A DNA stretch of 63,580 bases, counting the filler, from Sphacelaria rigidula (lineage: Eukaryota): assembly GCA_964200075.2 (NCBI GenBank). It is 9 parts of 9 records of this genome, joined end to end, with 100 filler letters (N's around TTAATTAATTAA, not from the genome) between each part and the next. Parts side by side here need not be neighbours in the genome. Positions count along the whole stretch, not along the records: positions 1 to 6,977 come from CAXNAA020017121.1; positions 7,078 to 14,053 come from CAXNAA020017122.1; 7 more parts are not named here. One strand, written 5' to 3'. Shown piece by piece: positions 1-12,003 of the stretch; position 1 is the first letter of the stretch, and each line of letters opens with the position of its first letter. A model generated the notes under the pieces. The model had not been told where the DNA came from and did no database searches. It saw only the letters and a program-made list of their open reading frames with translations. The translations under genes were made by a program, and so were the position numbers.

Positions 1-732
1 AGATTTTAATCCTCCGGGTTCTCATCCTCAATCAAAAGCACCATCCTCAATATAGATGATTGGCTGTTTGTAGTCAAAACGCCATCGACCTCTCACCCCT
101 ACACTTCGCAAAGCGCGTGATATGTTCGGCGAGTCGAATGACATGATGAAGGGTGTGGTGACCTACATCCTACCAAGATTGTTCGGTCCCAAGTTTACTA
201 AAATAATGTTGCATGTGGATGACAGCCTCCAATGAGTTGCTTCATTTTCTGGTATCGCCACTTGCAGAGACAGCCACGGGTTGTACCGCCTCATGGGTGT
301 CTCACCATTGGAACACCATGTAGTATGACAATCTCCCTTGATTGCCTTACCAACTGCGAGTTGTGACCCACTCTCTCTTGATTGTGAGAAAACCTCATTT
401 TGGGGGAAGGCCTGAGGGAGGGGGTGGGGGGGAGTGAGGGTTCCCTGATGCAATTGATAATGGCGATAGTAGGTACTGTACAGTAACAAGAACGCAGACG
501 GGGTCCCACGACAGTGCAGGGTTCCATGATGGTGCGGCATATGAGGTTGAAAACCACTCTGGAGGAACGCTGTACCAACTTTACCATACGACAGTATTGC
601 ACAGTACAGGAGACAATAGAAGTACGTTCAGGAGTATGTATCATACTTCCGGACGATCATTCATGTTGTGGTGTGTACAGGAATGTGCTCGTGCAGCAGG
701 TGACCCACGAGAAAATTGCAGCATTATTGTAG
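1..732 (+). pseudogene. Heavily decayed Ty3/Gypsy reverse transcriptase remnant
   Basis: Frameshifted pieces read YILPRL...HGLYRLMG and RLKTTLE...EKIAALL. These resemble Gypsy RT motifs (YPLPRI, GLYEF.RMP, KI.AI) in the correct order. Many stops. Confidence 0.4.
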
Positions 733-959
733 CATCGGGTGCGCTTCTTGATCCACCGTGCGACTAGAAGGTCATCATCCAGCGGCTGAGAACCCATTAG
801 ATAAATCGTTGCCGCCGGCCCCAGATGGAACGCATTGCCAGCCATTCTCGGGGTTTTCCTCATTTCCGAGGGCCCCCCGACAGGAAGAAGGGGGGGGGTC
901 ACAGCCTGCAGTTGGGAGGGTCCCTTGCACCCGGACATATATATTCCTTCTGCGCGTAA

Positions 960-1560
960 GGTCGCTTCGTAAGGCAAACAAGAAAATATCCTGGAAGACT
1001 GCCTTTTTGTCCCTTTGCGCCGTTTCACGCATTTGAAGAGGCCTAGGCGATTGTTGACACCTTGGAATGAATGGCTTGTTACTCGTTGACCCTTGGACAG
1101 CGAGAGTAGGTCACCTGTTGAAACGGCATCAATTTCACTTGAAAAAAGTATGCATGATCCAGGAAAAATAACCTCGCGGTCTGAGTGAGGGTTAAGACGG
1201 TTCCAGGACACCTTTCCGTTTTCCGGTGGCCACAGTTTTTTTCGGCCAAGCTTGCGATGCATATTCTTGGACAAAGGTCAAGTCAACAACAATACGGACA
1301 GTTTTTTTTTTTTTCAGTTTTGTGTGGATCTTTTCAGTGTCTTCTGGGCTTCACCATTTGTCCAAAAAACGGAAAGTTGACCAAAAACTGTGGCAATCGA
1401 AAAACGCAAAGGTGTCCTGGAACCGTGTCGATGAGTATAGCAAGTCGTTCCAAGGTGTCAACATCCGCCTAGCTCTCTTATAGAGCGTAAAACGATGCGA
1501 AGGGACAAAAAAAAGGCACCTTTCCAGGATATTTGTTTTGTTTGCCGTAGCAAAGCGGCC
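960..1560. mobile_element. Long-TIR MITE (GGCCGCT... termini, probably PIF/Harbinger-like) interrupted by a piggyBac-like MITE
   Basis: 960-~1240 (minus the 1086-1195 insert) is an inverted repeat of ~1380-1560. TAA precedes the left end. An uninterrupted homologue lies at 26262-26740. Confidence 0.75.
1090..1191. mobile_element. piggyBac-like mini-MITE
   Basis: TTGA|CCCTTGGACAGCGAG ... CTCGCGGTCTGAGTGAGGG|TTAA. Homologous to 3398-3495. Confidence 0.75.
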
Positions 1561-1707
1561 CAGTGGGTTACTCGTACAATGCTGCGATATGGTGGGAAAT
1601 AACATAGCAGTATGCGTGGCGCCCCCTCCCCACCCCTGAGACTTTCCCAACGATATGGAAGGGGTTTGGGGGAACTGGCTCCTGGAAAATATCAAAGTAT
1701 CACTTTG

Positions 1708-2330
1708 ATTGATTGATTGATTCTCGCACTTTAACTGATCCCCCAGGGTAGGCCCTGAAATCTAAGGCATGTCGAAGGGGGTCTAAAGCAAACCGTTCAA
1801 GGCACGTCTCGGGCAAAATAGTTGGCCTCAGGCAACTGCTAAGGCATGCCTTACCCCGTATTCATGCCTGAAATGCCGTAGTTTATAGCTCGACATGCCG
1901 GAGACTTGCCTTCGACACTTACCGAATAATGGGAGTGGGCGTTGTCATAAGCTTTAGTTATTGCTACTATTTTTGTGGTATAATGCGTCTGCCCTTGTTA
2001 AATAAGGCATCTCAGGCATAAAACACCCTATCAGGCAACTCCTTTTCGAAAAGGGGCTTTAAGGCAAAAAATACGACCCCGGTATGCCGACTAATTAGAG
2101 TTGGCGTCGTCATTCATGTGCCTTACTTCCATTCTTCGTTGTAGTATACTCCGTATGTGTTTGCCTCGCCCAAACAAGGCATCTCAGGAGCCATGCCTCC
2201 TCTCAGGCAACCCCTTTCTGAAAAGGGGCTCTCAGGCAAAAAGTGAGGAATGCCTTGGAAGTCAGGGCCTACTCCAGGGGTCCAGCCGTGGTCTCATGAT
2301 AGAGGTACCCAAGAAAAACGAAACTGAACA
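1708..2330 (-). mobile_element. SINE-like 3' body with (ATCA)n tail, split by a MITE
   Basis: (TGAT)n at ~1706-1722. Segments 1723-1748 and 2272-2330 align on the reverse strand with 11900-12003 and with 37627-37800. Confidence 0.65.
1749..2271. mobile_element. hAT-like MITE
   Basis: TIRs TAGGCCCTGAAATCTAAGGCA / TGCCTTGGAAGTCAGGGCCTA. 8-bp TSD CCCCAGGG (1741-1748) / CTCCAGGG (2272-2279). Many internal AGGCA motifs and a ~65-bp internal direct repeat. Confidence 0.8.
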
Positions 2331-2339
2331 TTGGGGGCC

Positions 2340-2730
2340 CTTTTGGATCACTGTACTGTACGTATGTCGCCATCACAACAGTCTCCGCAGTCATTAGGAT
2401 GATCATAATGATCATTTACAATTGGTGACCAACAGGATTTTACCTGAATCCGCAAGTGCTTTGTTCCACACGCTGTAGATTATTAGACAGGAGTACAACC
2501 GACACAGCTATAATATCAATACCCACTGGCAGACGGACCAGTGGTTGCCTGCTACAGTTAGTAGTATCCAGTGAGAGATGGAAACCATCCATCTGATTGA
2601 TACCCCGCTCTCACCGTACATGATTCTGGCCACCACAACCGCTGATGGTTATATCTCGGAGAGTGAGTGGTACATGAGTAGCGTATGATGTTGTCAGTGC
2701 AATGGAGTATGGAATTCGCTATCCTGTACT
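2340..2730 (+). pseudogene. Possible decayed Gypsy RNase H remnant
   Basis: Weak motif echoes (QTD.., YISESEW ~ Y...E.E), colinear downstream of the RT remnant. Confidence 0.25.
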
Positions 2731-3397
2731 GTACTGTCTGCCGTCCCGGACGACGGGGTATTTACGAGGTTTGAACCAAGGCCAGGCCGGCCAACGACTC
2801 AACGTTTCGGGTTGGGATCAAACGGGACTTTCGGAACGTTTCCCCGATTGCTCGAGAAAATTTCAGTGAAAAAAAAAAACGAGATTCCGGTCGACGAGTG
2901 TCCTGCAAATTACATGTCGAGATCTTGACTCAAAAAATGATTAATTGAACTACGTACGAGTGGCAATGTTTGCAGATATGTGCACGATTTCGGCTATAAC
3001 GATCTCTCGAACTATCAATACAACGAACAATGGAGGGAGACCCTGTTTGCTGTTTTCGTCGCCGTGGAATGTACTCAGAAAGGTTGAACAAACTAGCAAT
3101 ATATTTTTTATGGAGAATTTTTCCACAAGAATAAAATTATAACACAAAGACCTGATCCTAATGACAAGTGCAAACACACAGATGATTTTCACGACACCAA
3201 CTCGGTGGATCCCTAAGCGGGATGGTTGCCCTTAATTATCTTAAATCAGCCAATCACAATACGAGTAAAATCTTCAGCTTTCCCGGATCTAGTACAATTT
3301 GAAATATGTCGTTATCTGACACAGCCTGGTCATGTTTGCCGCTCAGCTTGTACACATGAGCGAACAGCGAACAGTCAGAGCAGCAGTGATTACTTAA

Positions 3398-3495
3398 CCC
3401 TTAGACCGCGAGGTAAGTCTTCTGTTGAATCGGCATCATTTTCAAGTGAAAAAAAGTGTGCATGATCCAGAAAGACTCATCTCGCGGTCTAAGGG
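3398..3495. mobile_element. piggyBac-like mini-MITE (98 bp)
   Basis: Perfect 15-bp TIR CCCTTAGACCGCGAG / CTCGCGGTCTAAGGG flanked by TTAA and TCAA. Confidence 0.85.
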
Positions 3496-3619
3496 TCAAG
3501 TTGGGCTACAATTCACGCAGAGTTGGTGATAGTTGACTGGAGTGTGAAGAAATAGAATTGGATCTTTACTGGGGCTGACGTTAACAGTGCCCGGCCCAGT
3601 GTTCTCTTGGCGTGGCGTG

Positions 3620-3762
3620 TGCAGAACGTTCCTTCAAATCGCCGCATATTTGAAGTCTACAAACGCACACTTTGCTCAGGGAACCCAACGCACCCCTCTT
3701 GCTGGGGGGTTCCCGGAATACCTTGGGTTTAGGTTCAGGGTGAGGGTTGGGGGTAGGGTTGA
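3620..3762 (+). repeat. Dispersed repeat carrying degenerate TTAGGG-like units
   Basis: AACGCAC..CCCCT..GGGTTC.CGG..T.CCTT followed by (T)TAGGG-like units. Homologous to ~15100-15230 and ~29800-29915. Confidence 0.55.
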
Positions 3763-4922
3763 AATGTATCAACCATCGACAGAGTGTAGATCAACCGTTG
3801 GCCTACTCCCTCCATTCACTGAAACCGGGCGGGTTGGGGATAGGTACGCACATGACCACTTCGGCAAATGAAAGGGGGGAAACAGAGATGCCTCAGTGGT
3901 CCAGGGATAGCGTACTGTACCCGTAACTGACCCCCCTTCAACGCTCGACATCTTCCTGGTGAAGAATCTGTTACATTGTGCCCTTCCAAAAGATCCTTCT
4001 CTCACCAGTGACATTATTATTGTGGGAGGAAACATGAAATGTGTACGGTACTTACTCTGAAAGTCCAGATATTTCAGTACAGAGCGAGTACAGAGCATAC
4101 ACACAGGTACGTTTTTGAACATGTCCGACATAATGTTCATCACGTTCCACAAAAAGTGACGACCAGCCAGCCGGTGGAACCGACAGTCCTCGAGACGGTA
4201 CAGCACACATAACACTCAGCCCCGTCATATAACGTAGTCATATCGTGAGTGCACATATTGCCTGCCTCGCCCATGAGTACATCTCAACAATGCGTGAAGT
4301 CACAAGTGCTCTCACGAGAACCGATAGATGAACAACATCTCTTGAGCGTGAGAGGCCTAGCCTACACACAAGGAAACCGGGTAGTTTTGCGATCTTGAAC
4401 GATTTACACATCGGCGGGTTACATAGAGGCTGGACAGGGCCAGCAGAGAGGGTCATATAATTCAGCATATATATTTTTTATCACAATATTCCTCGTTACT
4501 TGGCATCACACACCTCATCCTCAATAGCCACGCAGGAGTCGAATACGGCAGCCGCTTCCGTCGCGCCCCCGTCAGGGTAGATACGAACCTCCCCCGCTTT
4601 GAAGCCTATAAACATGTGGTCTGAAACCGTAGAAAACTCAACGGAAACAGGTACCGTCCCAAAACCCTCCAATATATCCTCGATTACCAGCACATCGCCA
4701 TCGCGATCCACTTTCGTCTCGATTATCTCCAGAGCCACGCAGTCAGACTGCCAGAGCAACGCTAACCCCAGAGTAGCAACGATCCTATCACTGCCGAACC
4801 ATCGTCGCGCGCGCGCGGGCGGGACATCAGACCTAATCTCTGTATGGTTGCTTCGCTTGGGCTGCGGAAGGACCATGATCGCGTGATGGCCTCAGACGCC
4901 AGCGTTTTTTCAAAAACGGTGT

Positions 4923-5420
4923 TTGTTCTCTCAAGCTCTTGTCACCTTGTTAGATGTCGATGGGATAAATGTGTTCCCTTCCTTTCGTTCAGCTACGATG
5001 CAAGACGCCCTCTCCTATAACTCCGTTGGTGTGCTTCGGTCCCTCTCACCCCACATGCAGGTGCAATTGTGCTCTTACAGGTCACAACGCTGGTGTAATT
5101 TGTCTAGATTTCGTAAGATTTTCCGGGATTATGCCGATGACCGTGATGTGACGATGTATGACTCGATGGGAGAACTCGTCACTGCGCAACTGACTAGCTG
5201 TGAAAACTCATAGTCATTGCCCAGGAGGGGAGAAACTGGAATCCACTCTCCACCCTGACCGCGGATCTGAAACAAAATGGGTGAATTCCAATACTGGTTT
5301 GCCGACAGCTGTTGTACGGAGGTTCCGTACTCGTCCCGTGAAGAGGTACGCCCCTCATGATCAAGTTAGCCTCGATTCAACTGAAGATGGGGCGCTCCCC
5401 TATAAAGGTGTCTCATTTTG
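4923..5420 (+). pseudogene. Possible decayed Gypsy integrase remnant
   Basis: SYRSQ...LSRFRK..RDY resembles the YHPQ..G..ER.N motif. RPVKRYAPHDQVSL resembles RR...F..GDQVLL. Confidence 0.3.
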
Positions 5421-6469
5421 CCCCAGCCTGTCTATTGCTGACCTTTAGCGCTAGCTGCGGCCATGCCTTTATTACCATGTCGCATCATGTGTCCATGAGA
5501 TCAGGCAGCAGCAGCAGTAGCAGCAGCGATGTTGCGGCAGCCCTCAGGCCAAGGTTTCCTGGGCAGTTGTTGCGCTCACGAAGGAGACGGATGTCGATGC
5601 AATCTGCTGTAGCGATGGCGGATGAGGTACGATTCATTTGAATTATTCTTGGTTCGGGATTCATGGTCCAACGAGGCACATGCGTATACAACTTCTTCTC
5701 GGTTACTGTACCCGCTGCTGACGTGTCGTTTTTCCGTCTGGGTGCCTGTAATCCTTGCCTGGGAAGTTGGTATCCATGGCTGGCGTTTCCGCTGGACTTG
5801 TCTTCCTGCCTGTCCGTTTGTCCACCTGTCTGTCTAGAGTGTACATTGTTATCCTTGGGTACTTGCACCGTGGAAATCGCAACGGAAGCCTTGTCGACCA
5901 GGTTTGGTCGGCCCTGCCAACAGTTTCATTTACGTTCATCATTGCCCCTTACCCGTGCAACTTTGCTCCTCCAGGTGTGTCACGACGGCACCCGTCTGCC
6001 GTCGTAGCTCACGACACACGTCCCGTACTGAATGTGCGTGACTACAGTCTAAACGGATACGTGCTTATTTCACTGTCTACACCATACTATAATATGTACA
6101 CTTTATTAATGCTCGCGGCCGGCCGTGCTTTGACCATGGCATGTGAATCGCAAACCTTTCCTTGCGCAACTTGCCCGCTAGTCGTAGTCACAGTACAGGA
6201 CAGTAGTACTCCTACTGTAGCCCTTCTGGCTGGTCTCCGATACCAGTGTGTCATGCTCCCAGTCTCCATCGAAAAGGCTGGAAGATACTACAGTAGTACC
6301 AAAGTGGCAGTTTCACATCCACCATCCACACGTCTGGGCAATTGTATCATTTCATCTTACACCCAGGTGGCTACTCCTATCTTCGGCTACACGGCGGGAG
6401 CTATGGTGGTTTTGGAAGACTGCGTGGTGTCGCAGGGAGATACAGGTTCGTGAAGGGCTCGCACCGTCC

Positions 6470-6830
6470 ACGGAAGGCGCACATGATTCGGCACGCTGCA
6501 CACGTTAACCTCGAGGCATAGTGTGCGCCTTCGGTTATATTGTGAGCACTCAACCCAGTAGACCTACTGGAGCATTTTCCATGAGCTTTAATGGGCTCGG
6601 TGAGGTAAGACTTCTAGTTGTAGGTCACGGTGCCACATGTAAAGGTCAAGTGAGGGCACACATATCACCTGTTTCAAGCAAGCGTATTTTTCGGCATAGT
6701 GTTTGGTACACACCATGTCAGAGCCTATATGCAGTGTTATTCCTTTTCAATATTATGGAGGCGGTATCTTTGGAGATTAGGCGCCTCAACACAGTACACC
6801 AGGCGTCTGATGATACTGAAACTTGACGTA
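6470..6830 (+). pseudogene. Possible decayed Ty1/Copia protease region
   Basis: HDSARCTR (DSG-like), GEVRLLVVGHG and HSVWYTP (NVLYVP-like) in the expected order. Confidence 0.3.
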
Positions 6831-6977
6831 TGTGTGGTCTGAAGCCGCAGGTAGGTGTTGACGCAGCAGTTTCGGCGACCCAAGGCATTTTGTGCGCTGC
6901 GTGGCTTGAGAGGATGATTATGCACGAGTCTGCAGTGATTCCGAAAACAAGAACACTTTCTGATGACAGTTCTAGAG

Positions 6978-7077
6978 NNNNNNNNNNNNNNNNNNNNNNN
7001 NNNNNNNNNNNNNNNNNNNNNTTAATTAATTAANNNNNNNNNNNNNNNNNNNNNNNNNNNNNNNNNNNNNNNNNNNN
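6978..7077. other. Artificial contig spacer (first of eight)
   Basis: 44N + TTAATTAATTAA + 44N. Identical spacers at 14054, 21130, 28206, 35281, 42356, 49431 and 56506. Confidence 0.98.
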
Positions 7078-7249
7078 TGGGTTTGTTGTGCGGGCTGTCG
7101 GGGTGGGGGGGGGGGGCGGGGGGCTATCGTAAAAAGTGTCGTCGACTCTCATCAAACCAAGTCAGTCAAACAAACCTTTTTTGCTACTTGCGTACGTCCT
7201 CATGCTTCCAACGAAGGGAACCAGATACTTAGAGGAGAAAAAACTCGAA

Positions 7250-7324
7250 GGAAATCTGGGGGGCATCGAACCCGCCTTCTTGCCACCGTGACCTCGTGTT
7301 ATTTGTATCATTGGACCACCGGGG
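7250..7324 (-). mobile_element. Degenerate tRNA-derived (SINE-head-like) sequence
   Basis: Reverse strand has A-box-like TGGTCCAATG and B-box GGTTCGATGCC at tRNA spacing, but no intact cloverleaf. Confidence 0.45.
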
Positions 7325-7385
7325 CGAAGCTGTGCCCTCGATGCTGCTACTCGCATGACTGCATAGGTATGGCATATCAAATGTT

Positions 7386-7620
7386 CCGCTGACAGTATGC
7401 ACTAAACAGAGTGCTCTGTCCCGTACAGATCGAACATACTGGGCACAGTACTAGTAGTCGAAAAGCCACACATCGTGTTTCCGGGAAACGCATATATCTA
7501 TACCGCTGACAGTATGCACTGAACAGAGTGTTTTGTCCCGTGCAGATCGAACCTACTGGGCACAGTACTAGTATTTGAAAAGCCACACATGGTGTTTTCG
7601 GGAGGCGCATATATCTATAC
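7386..7620. repeat. 117-bp tandem duplication (2 copies)
   Basis: Unit starting CCGCTGACAGTATGCACT at 7386 and 7503, highly similar over its full length. Confidence 0.9.
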
Positions 7621-8406
7621 AGAATCAACGAGAAAAATTACGACAAAAAAGTTCATGCCTGGCTCGCGCAGTGTTAGAGGTCAGCTTCCGAGTATTGTCC
7701 TGTCTTGAGCTACGGTATGAAGTCGTGCCTCATTAAGTACCATATAAAAGACGGGTTCTTGGGTATCGTCACTAAGATGAATCAGGACGTACGTGCAATT
7801 AAATGTAGACGTTGGAACTCCGCCCAGGCACTACTGCAATCCTTTGCACCTCCATGACCCAACTTCATCTCATGAAACTGGGGCTGTCACAAGTGTCTAT
7901 GGGGGGTACGGTCGAGCTCTCAGAGTATCAGAGTGAGCAACAAGCTCATGAGTACATGATCTCCTGTTCAACAGCACGCGGCTAGATCTCACCGCTGTTT
8001 TTGCACAGGATAGACATCAAGGGCGACCCCAGCAGCTGCGCGTACGCCTGCGCGCATTCCTTCGGGATCTGCGTTTTCAAAGCGACATCGCGTCCACGGA
8101 CGGTACGAGAGGGAGCGGCGAAGACGCTGTTGGAATATGACTTCATTAAAAAAAAATCGCTATGGTGTTGCAGCATTACAGTGTGTGCGTACATTTGTGT
8201 TTTGTGTCATTTTCCATACCTTCAATAACACCCCCCTCCTCCTCGAGACGAGTCTGTAGTCTTACGGGATCAAACCACCTTCCCCGAGAACTTGCCTTGG
8301 TATTCAGCTTCGAGCATTGTATCACCTGGCGTACTGGCGAGCATTGGTCGATCACCCTCCCGCAGGCCGTCGACGTTAGTTCATTGAGCCAGTGGTGCAT
8401 TGTTAA

Positions 8407-8542
8407 CCTTTTGGGAACTAAGTGCTGGTTTTTGCTTAGTGAATCTTCGTGAATCGGCATCATTTTGACTTTAAAATGAACGGAAATGATGCCGATTCAC
8501 AGAAAAAATCAGCACTTTCTTGCGGATCTAGTTCCCAAAGGG
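8407..8542. mobile_element. piggyBac-like MITE, second subfamily
   Basis: TTAA|CCTTTTGGGAACTA ... TAGTTCCCAAAGGG|CTAA, with internal inverted GTGAATCGGCATCATTT motifs shared with the 3398 family. Confidence 0.7.
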
Positions 8543-10199
8543 CTAACTCATGTCATCCCGCTTTCCACGACGGAAACCAGAAAAATAAAGTGTTGTACGT
8601 ACAGACCCAAAAACACCATTTTGGCAAGATTTATCCAAATGTCCAACCGCTCCTGGAAATGGGGCGTAGCAGCGTTTGGCAGCCAGCCCCATTCATTCAC
8701 CATCTCACGCGCCTCTTTTAATACACGGATCTCTGTACAGAGAGACGTATTCCATCCTCCGCATTTTTGTTAAAACCTTTCCCGAACCCGAAACCGGCCA
8801 AAGGAGTGGAAGACCGCGCCATCTCCGGGAACAGAGGACCCACCCTGATTGTTCACGCTCATCACCCAGCATCCACGCATCCGCGATACTCCACGCCGGT
8901 TTTTGGAGCTGGATGCTGAACCTTTGCACACATATGCTTTGGATCTTTCCGAACCTTTGTCAGATTGGGGTCTTTCGATTGTTGTTTCATCTCGAAGGGT
9001 ATCCGAAGTCTCAGGGTCCACATGCCGTCAGTGGACCCCCGATAACTGGCGAATATATTTTTCAACGATACTTTAGCTTGTTTGGAGCCCCAACGCCTCC
9101 CAAATTGCCAATTTGAAGGGCAGAGCTTTTCTACGGAAGATATGAGAGTAGCCGTCAGAAGGCTTTCTGGGTCTTTGGTGCCTGCCATATGTGGAAATTC
9201 AAGTACCGCAAACCCACATAGCCGGACTAGCACGGTTTCGGGTATAATTGGATCCCCATAGTACCCCTATTCAAATATGTTTTTTTTCCCGTCAGACTCC
9301 CGAGCTGATGGCGGTCACTACGCTTTGAAGCATGTGGGATTGGGTGGAACGGATGCTGGTACTTCATGTTTTTCATTTCAGAACAACTTGAAGGTCGCTG
9401 ATTGGTCTAGGTGCCGTTTCACCCTTGGCGCCACCGCTAAGGCCTTGAACGAAATCGCGGCTGTGGCCACCTCTGTAGTTGCTCATGGCGATCAGTATGA
9501 TGCCATGCGTGCCACTACTGTATAGATACTGTGAAAAGCATTTGCTGACGAATAAATTTTGGGTGATAAGTGTAAACAAACCAGTACTGTACTACTGCAC
9601 TACTGCACTCTAATTGATCGATTAATCCATCCTTTCATCAATTGTCGCACATCAAACATCAACAGATCCGCTTCTAATCCAGCCACGAGCCACGAGCCAC
9701 GGTCACTACATGGGCGTAATCCTGTCTACTTCAATCCTCGCCTGTTGCGCTGCCACGGCTCGTCGCTTTGCACTTCAATGATGATCTCAAAATACCCGCT
9801 GCCTCTTCGCCGCTCGGATTGCAATTCCACCGTGGTTCAGAGACATGCCACATTTTCGCACCCTCGAATACTCTCAATTTTACTCCCACCCACAGCGTTC
9901 CGTGGTGATAAAAACCAACACAACGGTAATCTCTCGACTGTCTGGCGAGTCGCATGGCAACTCTTATGGTCGTAACTATAATGTGGTACCGCTCCTGGAG
10001 ACATCCAAGATGCCCAATCTCACCCACTTACCACTGATGGTCAGGGTAGCACATCGTCAGTCGGTGTGGGCGTAATAGAAGTAGAGGGTTCGAATCCCGA
10101 TAGTAACGGGATGACTGCAGGACTTTCGTCACGGAAAGCGTGAGACTCTGAATTATTATTAAAAAAAAGGCTCCACAACATGCGGCGGATTGTGGGATG

Positions 10200-11700
10200 G
10201 TCATCATCTAGTGCGCTGTCATGAATTGCAGGGCACCTACCACGGGAGGGATGAATTGATATCTTGAGACTATGGTCGCATTTCAACACTCGTTCGTCGC
10301 ACAGCTCCAGTGAAGCACGAAGCATTCGAAGATTTCAAGGGTGAACTACGCCTACGGCCAAGTATTTCGCCGTCTTCACAAACTTCGAGCTTCCTTCAGT
10401 CAGCCAGTACCTCAGGCACCCGGGGGTACTTGGTACTGCAAATATTCTACACCCTGAACAATGTATAGTCAACAGTTGCAATAGACAAGAAGTTTACTGC
10501 GTAGAGTGTAGGATTATTGCAACTATTGACGATATATTTTTCAGGCTGTGAAACACTCCGGAATCTCAGGGTCTCCTAGGTACATAATGTATCCTAACCA
10601 GCTTCAAAAGCCTCATCATACCGGGCAACACGGGGATAGAGTAGGAAATATCTCTCGCGAAGGGAGCCCGCCTGGACGCGTGTTTTGGAAACAACAAAGG
10701 CAGAAGGTGGATCACGTCGCACGGGGGCTACACCCCTCAGATTCGCGCGGGATGGGTGACATGCCGTAGTGTAGTCGTGGAGGTGGAAGACGAGGTCTCC
10801 GTCCAACGCTTCAAAAATAGACGTCGACACGCATCGAGCCGTTTCAACGGTAGATCAGGGTGAACAATCACACCATATTTCCCTTCCAAGACGCGATGCC
10901 TCCGCGAATTTCACATCGAGGACACCCGGTTCTCGGGAACACAAAATAGAGAGATGTCGGAGGCCCGCTGTCGTACGTGCGCACAATAAACCCTTGCATA
11001 CCCTCAACCCCTCCACTTCCTCGGATCGAGTCCGTAGTGCGTGGTCCCAAGAGACTGACTAATCTCTCCCCTGATACACGCCTGAGATTTTTTTACTGCC
11101 GATTGGATCAGCACTCCCGCACATGTCCACTGTTCTCAAATCATCTATACTTCTCACGTTTTTCTGGAACAAAGCACATACATGTCGGGGTTGCAATCCT
11201 CCAACCTCCACCTACCACCCCCCCCCCCCACCCAAAGCCTATTGAAGATGTACAAGTTATACCACGGGGAGTGCATCATTCTAGAAACGTCACACGTATA
11301 CCGCCACCACTGCGAATGGGTTTATATACATCACATACGGCAACCATGCGTTGTGTCGAAAACGAAGGACAGCACACCAAGTCATCGTCATCCCCATTTC
11401 CACAGACATCCACGGGTTACACTGCCTCATTGGGGGTCTCACCATTCAAAAATACGGGTGTGTGTGTGACTGAGAGAGATGTCCCCTCCTGCACATCAAG
11501 GTTTCCGCGAAAGACATTACTTGGCTGACGTTCGGGTATATACATGTCGGCGGGAACGTGACCTTGAATTCGGAATGCTGGAGAGTATTTGTCGCCATAA
11601 ATCAGATGCTGGGCTACTTCGGCCAATAATACGGTCAGTCGAAGATTTGGGCGAAGTGTCATACTGAGTTGAAATTGTCCCCGTCTCCGATTCAACCTCT
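10200..11700 (-). pseudogene. Decayed Ty3/Gypsy pol remnant (RT-RNase H)
   Basis: Reverse-strand fragments in order: SLFCVP...HPDLPLKRLD (RT start), DEAFEAG*DTLCT*ETLRF (connection domain) and LCDERVLKCDHSL (RNase H TDH motif). Confidence 0.5.
10448..10550. mobile_element. 8-bp-TSD MITE (CACACCCTG family)
   Basis: TACACCCTGAACAATGTATAGTCAACAGTTGCAATA ... TATTGCAACTATTGACGATATATTTTTCAGGCTGTG. Flanks AAATATTC / AAACACTC. Confidence 0.65.
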
Positions 11701-11783
11701 CTGGGCATACACCCGATCGTGACGCCTGCTCCTATGATAAAACACAGTCAGTATGTGAAAATATTCCCGAGAGTCCGTCAAGT

Positions 11784-11854
11784 GCTTAAATGGTTCAATG
11801 GTAGAATACATGATTGCCATTCATGTGATCGGGGTTCGATTCCCCGTTTAAGCA
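11784..11854 (+). tRNA. trnG-GCC: tRNA-Gly(GCC)
   Basis: Full cloverleaf: acceptor GCTTAAA/TTTAAGC, D arm GTTC/GAAT, anticodon stem CATGA/TCATG with GCC at 11816-11818, T arm CGGGG-TTCGATT-CCCCG. Discriminator A, then a T-run. Confidence 0.88.
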
Positions 11855-11862
11855 TTCTTTTT

Positions 11863-12003
11863 CATGTCGTTCTGTTCAACTTTTTTTGTTCCTACTTTCC
11901 TTCAGGGTATGTTGCGGTTTTGAATTTCTTGGGCACGCCTAGCATTTGACCACGGCCGGATCCCTGGGGGGTCAGTTCGAGTACGACAATTAATCAATCA
12001 AAT
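11863..12003 (+). mobile_element. SINE-like body with ATCA tail directly downstream of the tRNA
   Basis: ATGTCGTTCTGTTC...GACCACGGCCGGATCCCTGGGGGGTCAGTTCGAGTACGACAATTAATCAATCAAA, homologous to the reverse complement of 37627-37795. Confidence 0.7.

Noticed and set aside
6830-7033. ORFs running into X and ending at TTAATTAATTAA (also 20986, 28041, 42137, 56113)
   Set aside because: Artefacts of the artificial spacer.
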